DNA from: Eledone cirrhosa
Lineage: Eukaryota
DNA: 64,000 bases
Reading direction: 5' to 3'
Assembly (NCBI GenBank): GCA_964016885.1
Contig: OZ024741.1
Span: forward strand, 383,284,001-383,348,000
The notes under the pieces are model-generated. The model was not told the origin of the DNA and searched no databases. It saw only the letters and a program-made list of their open reading frames with translations. The stretch's first letter is position 1, and each line of letters opens with the position of its first letter. Of this stretch, positions 55,801-64,000 are shown one piece after another. Made by a program: the position numbers and the translations under genes.

Positions 55801-58625
55801 TCATATTTCAACGAGGTTAGCCCTTGCTTTTCACCCTTATGAGTCAATGACATGAAGTATCAGTAACTCGATTTAACCGATTTTCCAAAAATTCTTGGCC
55901 AGGTGCGTAAATCAGAAACAATTACTGATATCTCGTCTAAATAATGGTTTAAAACAAACAATATAAAATAGTATATTCTATGTAAATCACAGTTTCATGT
56001 CTAGCATCATACGTTCCAATTATGCTTGTATTATGAGTTAGAGTCTGCTACTAAACTTTTGTTAATTGTAATAAGTTATATTAATTGAGTTTTATTATAG
56101 TGTTTCTTGAACAGCGTTTTCCTTAGAATTAATATTGTTTACCATTGTCAAAAATTAATTTAAACCCTGACCCTGCAGATGGCAGTTCATATAATATATT
56201 CATTCGGTTGATTCAGTTGAATATTAGTTCTTATTTATTTTTTAATAGATGTCAAAATTAAGTTTGTTTAATTCACTTAATTTTTATTTTTATATATGTT
56301 CTGAACTGTTATGAAAATAGCTTCCTTAAATTGTTTTCAAAATTAAAATTTATGGTTCAATGACTAAACAAAAATTAAATAAAACTCAGTAAAATGCTTA
56401 ACTTATGAAATTGCCGTTCTCTCATTCATACATACATGCATACATACATTCATACTCATATACATACATAAATGCATACATACATACATGTACGCATGCA
56501 TGTTTGCATTTGCATGCATACATAGATAAATACATGGTGGCTGCCAACTCATTTTCGAGTACGGCCACTACTTTATATCCATGTAGGAGAACCCCTACCG
56601 ATGCGGTAAACAAGTGTGACTTTTTAGTCCAGCCAGCGACTTGAAAACTCTGGTACAAACACTACACCTGTAACAATTATTGACACATAGTGCTGGGCCC
56701 ATGGCACCATGTGACGACAAGTGCAGAGAGATCTCCAGATATAAAGCAATGCCTGTGCCGTGAAGCTTTTATAGTGAGCAAAGGCACTGCACAAAGCCAG
56801 TCCCACTCGCTTAACCAAGATTATATTTACCAAAAAGAAGAACAAGTCAACATCATTGGATACCATCAGGGTTGCAGGTGTTATATCAGAGTTTTCCTTC
56901 TCCTAGAATTCTGCCTTGACAAAGGCTAAGGGGTCATCTCTCCCGGTGATTTTGGATGGCCATTGACTCTTAAGAGCTCCTTTGCCCTTTGACAGGTTTT
57001 GTTTTTAGTCCTGCGGGATGTCCAAAGTCACCCTCCTCACCAAGAAACCTTGGTGGGGTTACCAGTTTAGTCGCCAACGACCCGACCATCAGACATGTTG
57101 TACTGGGATACATGTTACCAGTATCACCACTGGTGACCTGACATAAGATACATACATACATACATATATACATACATACATATACACATGTATACATATA
57201 CACATATATACATATATACATATACGGTTATGTATTTGTTTTGTAAGGTTCTTGATGTGAAATCGTGTATTGAAATATATGTATGTATATATATATATAT
57301 ATGTGTGTGCGTGTGTCTTTGTGTGTGTGTAGGTGTGTGTGAGTATGTGTGCGTGTGTGTGTGTATGTGTGTGCGTGTATATGGGTGTATGTGTGTGTCT
57401 GTGTATGCATGTATTACTGATGCATTTTGTAATGTCTTCATCTTAATTAGGATACGCAGTGTAATTCGCGCACATGTCTTACGAGTGCGCTTCTTCGTAG
57501 CAAAAGACAACATTACACTATATGAGCAGCTTCTGTTGCATGAAATGTCTAACTAATGGTAGATCTGAATAAAGATGAAACCACCACAACTACACAACAC
57601 AATGCCAGACCTATCAGTCGGCCCTATTAAACACCAGTATATGACCTTTATGCTTTTAGATGTTTTCATTTACGTTTGTGTATGTACTCATACTAGATTC
57701 ACTGACTCATCTATGGCTATATTTTCTGTAGACATTAATATGTAAGATGTTCAGGCCTGGTATTAGTCATGTAAATTGCACTATTAAGTGAGAAACTATG
57801 AAAGACATTACCTCTGATCACCCTCCATTAATTAACGTTTTTTATTTAAGTGGGAACTTTTCATAAAGGCTTCAACAAGAATCTTAATGATATTTACGCA
57901 TAATAAAAGACTCTTTCCGATATACCTCCAGCTGGAACTCCAAAGAATGCATTGAATTGGTAGATTAGACGAAAATGTTCAGCGCTACTCCAAATTATGA
58001 AACTTGATATCTCGTGTGAAGAATGTCAACAATTGTCAATGATTTCGGTCGCCAAATTTTATGAAATATATGGACATGATTATCCATGGTTAATACAAAA
58101 GGTTTCGGGGAGAATGAAATCACCTTCCGTCATACTGAATGTAAAATTGAGGTTATGATCGTAAATTCTGCCTATTGTCTTTCATTAGATGAACAGACGT
58201 ATTTTCTCCTTTTTTTTTTCTTTTCAGAAAATACGTATTATTGGATTTATCAGGGGTTAACAACACTAAACTGTCACATTTTCTCTAATCCACATTTGCT
58301 CACTTGTTGAGACAAACGTTTAATCTAATACCAAAAAATTGTTGCTTTTCCATTATATAAGTTGATTGTAAAAAAACACTTCTTTAATATGTAAACAAAA
58401 AAATCGACAGATTTCTTTTAACTTTCAGTATGGACTTACTAGACTTTCTTGTTTCTCATACTGCTTATTTTGCCGCATGCAATCTGTTATATAAATATAG
58501 GTCTACTGAATGTTTGAGATGCTATAACGATGTTATCAGCATTTTCTTAAAAAGAAGACGAAGATAAACGTATAGCCCCTCTGCGATAGTTGAAGTGTTG
58601 GTTTGTTCAAATTACTCGCATACTT

Positions 58626-58699
<74 letters not shown>

Positions 58700-58893
58700 A
58701 AGTAATTAAGTGCCCTTTCTTAGTTACCTGAAATCTTAATATGTCGCAACATCCTAGACCTAGCCTCCTTATCCTGCTTTTATATTACCTGCATGTTGTG
58801 TCTTGTAATCTAACATTTAAATTTCTATTTTTCCATTTCTCTATTCTTCTGAATTTTGGCTTGTTCTAGCCGTTGATATTTTTTGTCTTTTCC

Positions 58894-58939
58894 TTGCTCT
58901 GAAGAGTCCTAATTACTGGGACGAAACACTGTCAGCGAA
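58894..58939 (+). ncRNA. Near-canonical minimal hammerhead (GUC triplet) in a ~280-bp element between TA tracts
   Basis: ttgct CTGAAGA gtcc-taattactg-ggac GAAAC act GTC agcga, followed by AATAAA. Confidence 0.85.
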
Positions 58940-58977
58940 TAAAGATTTTTAATGTATTAAGGGCTTCTTTGTTGATT

Positions 58978-59059
<82 letters not shown>

Positions 59060-59165
59060 ATAATAATAAATTAGAAAACTAAAATCCAAAAGGGCTCGAT
59101 AAGGATAAATATATATCAAATATATAAGAACCGTAGAGCTAATATTTATTAAAATAACAGATTAA

Positions 59166-59216
59166 AGTTTAAGCAAAGAATCGCTGCTTTCACCCTTAAC
59201 GGGATCTTCTGAAACT
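59166..59216 (-). ncRNA. Hammerhead variant with CAGAAGA core (partner copy 60769-60819 +, GAAA>AAAA)
   Basis: Reverse complement: agttt CAGAAGA tccc-gttaa-gggt GAAA gca-gcgattctt-tgc TT aaact. Confidence 0.65.
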
Positions 59217-59499
59217 AACAAAGTCAATCTGTAAACGCAGAAGTGGATATTTAAAAAAAAATTGCAACCGGAGGAAGACAGGAAGACAATACTTTGGTTC
59301 GTGGAAACGTTCGCTATGCAAATAAGTAATGGTATAAACAAAACATATACTTAGCTCTCACATCAAGACGTAAAATATCCACGTATAGATCGTACTATCT
59401 GTTAGGGTACAACGTGGGGCTGTAATACAGGAAGGTTTTGTGCAATTTATGTTTACAACATACTGGACCGGACCGAACCTCTGGACCCTATTTCTCCCC

Positions 59500-60593
59500 A
59501 CTTTACCCTGAAGGATCACAAATCCAATTTTCCGAACAACCCCTCTATTCGGCTTATTAACCCTACGAAGTCCGATTTAGGTAGGCTTAGTAAAACGATT
59601 CTTGATAGAATTATACCTGAAATTAGAAGTTTGGCCCCTTTTGCACTGTGGAACAATTTATTGAATGGGTTGTATTACCCGTATAGAAAGCCGAATGATA
59701 CGCTTAATTACATAAGTAAGCATTCCAACCATCCTGCCAACATAACCAAGAACCTGGTAAGAAACGTTTCGTTGAGGCTCTCCCGTCTTTCCACCAACGA
59801 GCGTATTTTCAACGACCATTCCACTTATTACGATGAAGCTCTTGCTCGAAGTAGATTTGTCGATAAGGTAGCATATACAGAGTACGAAAATAGACCTAGA
59901 AGAAATAGATCCCGTCGCATTTGTTAGTATAACCCACCATATAATATGGAGGTGGCCACACCATTAGATAAGATCTTTCTTTCCCTTATTACGAAGCATT
60001 TTCCCCCTACACATAAATATAGTAACATTTTTAATAGAAATACTATTAAAATGTCTTACTCTACGACTCCTAACCTTGCACATAACATCACAGCTTCAAA
60101 CTTAACTAAACTACCTAGCCATAGGAACACGTGCAACCCTGTAGTTAGTACTAACTGTAATTGTAGGAATCGGGTTGATTGCCCGCTATCCGGGAAATGC
60201 CTCTCTAGTAACATTGTCTACAAATGTAAGGTTGTAACACCCACGTCCCGTAGGGCCTACATAGGGTTAACCGCCAATAGATTCAAGCTGCGTCTTTACA
60301 TGCATACCCATTCTTTTCGTTACCCTCTAAGAAGGAATATGACGTCACTTTCAGCTTATATCTGCAGTCTAAAAGACAACCACAGCCAATATAAGTTACA
60401 CTGGTAGATCCTAGCTTGGGCTAGATCGTATATCGGAAATAAAAGACCATGTGATCTCTGCGCCGCTGAGGCCCTGGAAATACTCTACGCCACAGACCAC
60501 ATCTTAAACAAAAAATCTGAGGCAATTTCGGCTTGTAAACATAAATTGCACAAAACCTTCCTGTATTACAGCCCCACGTTATACCCTAACTGA
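59500..60593 (+). pseudogene. PLE ORF lacking the RT catalytic core; thumb + GIY-YIG retained (in-frame stops)
   Basis: TLKDHKSNF..IRLINPTKSDLGRLSKTILDRII...WN|NLLNGLYYPYRKPND..SNHP; CNCRNRVDCPLSGKC; IVYKC..YIGLT..FK.R..H; CDLCAAE..LNKKSE..CKH. Confidence 0.85.
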
Positions 60594-60839
60594 TAATACG
60601 ATCTATACGTGGATATTTTACGTGTGGGAGCTAACTATATGTTTTGTTTATACCATTACTTATTTGCATAGCGAACGTTTCCACGAACCAAAGTATCGTC
60701 TTCCTGTCTTCCTCCGTTTGCAACGTTTTATGAAATATCCACTTCTGCGTTTACAGATTGACTTTGTTAGTTTCAGAAGATCCCGTTAAGGGTAAAAGCA
60801 GCGATCCTTTGCTTAAACTTTAATCTGTTATTTTAATAA

Positions 60840-60931
<92 letters not shown>

Positions 60932-60999
60932 ATAACGGAACATACGTCATAGTCACACATTTCTCCTCCACTCTTATTTTTTTAAAGTCCAGGAAGTTG

Positions 61000-61860
61000 T
61001 GGAACCGATAAAGTTGCGAGAAAAGTTATACATTGTTGTATATAACCCTTCTTATAGACATACTCAATGGTATTTTGAACTTCGTTTGTCCTTTGTCTTA
61101 AAACATTAACTTTCGCATCTTGATTTAACAGTTCACTGTGTGGCTCACCAGCAGCATTTAGTCGCAAAAACTATCGACGGCAGGCTTAGTGATATACTGC
61201 AGTTAGATATTAAACCTGTGATCAAGCTAAAGTTGTATTCTTTGAATCAACGAATTTTCTTTCATCCCTACCTTGAGAATGATGATGACTATGTAAGGAT
61301 TTTCTACGATACTAAAGTACATTGGTTGTCAAAAGGCAAGAAACAATGTTCTGCATTTTGTCGAATTATTTGATACAATTTGTTTCAAATCACTCCACTA
61401 TCCACGTCACTGATTGCTTCGAAATGTAATGTTTTTCCATAGCGACAGATTTGATAACCTTAACCATAAAACTAAATCATATCCTTTATAATTAAATTTA
61501 ATAAAGTGCAGTTTTAAATGGTCACGTCTGCCTTCATTTGATCATTAATACGGTATTAACAACAGTAGCAGCCGCATAATTCAGCGTTATTTGTCACCTC
61601 TCTTTGGTATATTTTACAAGACCATAAAATGCCTGTTTACGAACTAGTAAGAAACTTACCAAACATTTTCGTATGCTTTTGAATATTTACTTTACAGGTC
61701 GGAATTGGACAATTTTTCCATGTGAAATTGGACGATGTTTCAAAGAAGGTTGAGAACACATGTGTGTAGAGCTAGACATTAGCAATCATCTAGAAATTTC
61801 TGTGGAAACCAAAAGCAACGAAGATCCTGAAATAGAACAACGCTGTAATTAAGCAGTTCT
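61000..61860 (+). mobile_element. hAT (Charlie/Buster-like) transposase remnant
   Basis: HCVAHQQHLVAK..LSDIL..VIKLK..SLNQRIF....ENDDDY..FYDTKVHWLSKG matches the hAT CxxH and H/TEVRWLSKG motifs; 3' extent approximate. Confidence 0.65.
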
Positions 61861-62594
61861 TAAGCTTCCATTTTATGATCTGTCTTAGAGAATCTTTCTA
61901 TGGTGGTTTTAGTGTATTTAGCTGAGAGAATGTGTTTTCTTGGTAGAATTTGTGTTGCACAGATAAACGAGGTAGCATAAATGTCAGTCAAAATAATGCA
62001 GAGCCCAATAACAATAGCAAGGAATGGAATTCTACTTATTTTACGTTAAATAAGGTAAGCCAGTAAGAATAAGTGAATAATATTAATACAACTAGAGTGG
62101 AAGATAAAAAGCGATGTTACAAAGAAAATGTCATTGAATACTGGAAAAATAGTAGTGCACTTTGGTCAAAACAAGGCCGCTGAGTGATAAGAAAGCTGGA
62201 ATGACAGTTATTGAAGTTTGTTTCAGTACAAAGTATGAAGTAGAGAAATACATAAAAGAGACACACACGCACACATACACACGCACATACACACACACAT
62301 ACACACGTACACACATTTACATTCATACACGCGTGCACACACACATATATATATAAATATATGGAGGCGGGAACATTTCTATGGTTTTTACCATCAAAAT
62401 AAAGGCCGTATATTATATCTTTTTCATGAAAGGAGCATTGCCTGGAAGGGATATGCATCAGCGTTTGTTTAGTTTACTTAAGTTGCAAAAAGGTTTCATG
62501 TAGCATTTACATCAAAGTTATTCAGAATGATCATAATGAAACTTACATATACAATCACGTACATTCACACACATATAATCACACATGGTCCTGG

Positions 62595-62704
62595 AAACAT
62601 ACACACACAAATACACGCATGCATACACAATATTGCAGGCATAAACACACAGGCATATATGTACAAATACTAAGAGAAACAGAAAGAAATCACTCAGATA
62701 AGTA

Positions 62705-62750
<46 letters not shown>

Positions 62751-62786
62751 GTTACTTATCTCAATGATTATATATGTTACTTATCT

Positions 62787-62830
<44 letters not shown>

Positions 62831-62939
62831 ACTTATCTCAGTGATTTCTTTCTGTTTCTCTTAGTATTTGTACATATATGCCTGTGTGTTTATGACTGCA
62901 ATATTGTGTATGCATGCGTGTATTTGTGTGTGTATGTTT
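62595..62939. repeat. Inverted duplication (~115-bp arms) across (TA)n
   Basis: 62595-62712 is the reverse complement of 62822-62939, with extra short copies of TGTTACTTATC in the spacer. Confidence 0.8.
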
Positions 62940-62948
62940 ATATACATA

Positions 62949-63920
62949 CAAGGTGGTTTCAATAAGTTCCCAGACTAGTTTTGTTTGAAAAGGATAATAT
63001 ATTTACCTAAGATTTAACATTATCTTTTTCGAAATAGTCACCTTGTGCAGCAGCAATATCCTGATCCCAGTGTTCCTGCCACTATTGGAATTCGGCCTGG
63101 AAGTTGTTTTTCGTATGCGAGTCGAGCAGATTCTTGGATTCACTCTAGATTCACTCTACCGATCTTGGCAGTATCGGTAGAGTGACAGATAATATGCTTT
63201 GCAGCAAAGAGTTATAGCCCTTTATATTCTGAGTTGAAATCCCACCGAGGTTAGCTTTGCCTTACGACGTCTATAAAATATAGCACCAGTAATACACTGA
63301 TGTAATTGCTGGCCTTGTGTCAAATATATAAACATATCTTTTTGGGGGCTGTATTTTCAGCTTGGAGAAGAGATGGAAGTCTGCAGGTGCCAAATCTGGC
63401 GAATAGGATGAGTGCAAAAGTGATACAATGTTTTTTGGGCGAAGAAATTCACGAGTAACAAGAGCTCATTGACAGAGTTTATTGTCGTCGTGAAGAATCC
63501 AATTCATCACATTCCACAGATGTGGTCACTTTCACCGAATGTTCTCCCTAAACCGCCTCAAAATGATTGACGGTCTTGATCTGGGGCCGAATTCCTGAGG
63601 CATAATATCGCGGATGTCGTACCGATGAGCATGCTCTTGATTGAATTGCGGCTTTTAGAAGCACCTTTGCTGCTTGAAACATTGCTTAAGACCCATTGCC
63701 TCATCGCTTGCCGGATCATGCTCAATGTTTCTGTAGCAGATTTCACATGTTGAACGCAAAATTTCACGTTAGCTCTTTGTCCCATCTTCCTGTTCATGAC
63801 AAAATCGCAGGCTACAGTATATGCGTGATAAAAAAACCTCACAAATTTTACCACTTGAGAATTAAACATAGCGATGTTACTGGGCAGACTTGCGCATGAA
63901 ACTCACTGCTAACACTCACA
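62949..63920 (-). mobile_element. Mariner remnant (same family as 34810-35694) interrupted by a SINE at ~63165-63335
   Basis: TA|CAAGGTGGTTTCAATAAGTTCCCAGACTAG TIR; QRANVKFCVQHVKSATETLSMIRQA; WILHDDN; HPIRQIWHLQT-type remnant. Confidence 0.78.
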
Positions 63921-64000
63921 GCTCGCACAACCGTGTGATAACATGTGTTGATGGAATACACATCTTCGAATCCAATGCTTGGATATTTACCTCAACAGAT

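Larger units (their letters stand above)
59058..60843 (+). mobile_element. Penelope-like element, truncated and internally deleted, with inverted pLTRs (59143-59458 / 60533-60843)
   Basis: ~310-bp inverted arms; the left arm has an extra tail; (TA)n on both sides; coding remnant between the arms. Confidence 0.9.

Noticed and set aside
58200-58260. Strong polypyrimidine-CAG splice-acceptor-like site
   Set aside because: No recognisable coding exon or donor site follows; cannot be supported without RNA data.

Overview
AT-rich, microsatellite-laden animal genomic DNA. The repeat types resemble those of octopus/cephalopods, but this is inference only. No host protein-coding gene is supportable, and most predicted ORFs are translated (TA)n, (CA)n or (CT)n runs. 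The window is a graveyard of decayed transposons: RTE and CR1-group LINEs, one Gypsy LTR element, three mariners, three Helitron remnants, a hAT fragment, tRNA-derived SINEs and three Penelope-like elements (PLEs, RT plus GIY-YIG). The most striking signal is about 20 type I hammerhead-ribozyme motifs (stem I-CUGANGA-stem II-GAAA-stem III-UH-stem I'), read by eye on both strands. They lie in PLE pseudo-LTRs and in small non-coding foldback or tandem elements inserted into (TA)n tracts. They include a family-wide non-canonical CAGAAGA core, expanded stem II domains and circularly permuted ~420-570 nt monomers suggestive of circular-RNA (retrozyme-like) intermediates. Coordinates were read manually and element ends are approximate.
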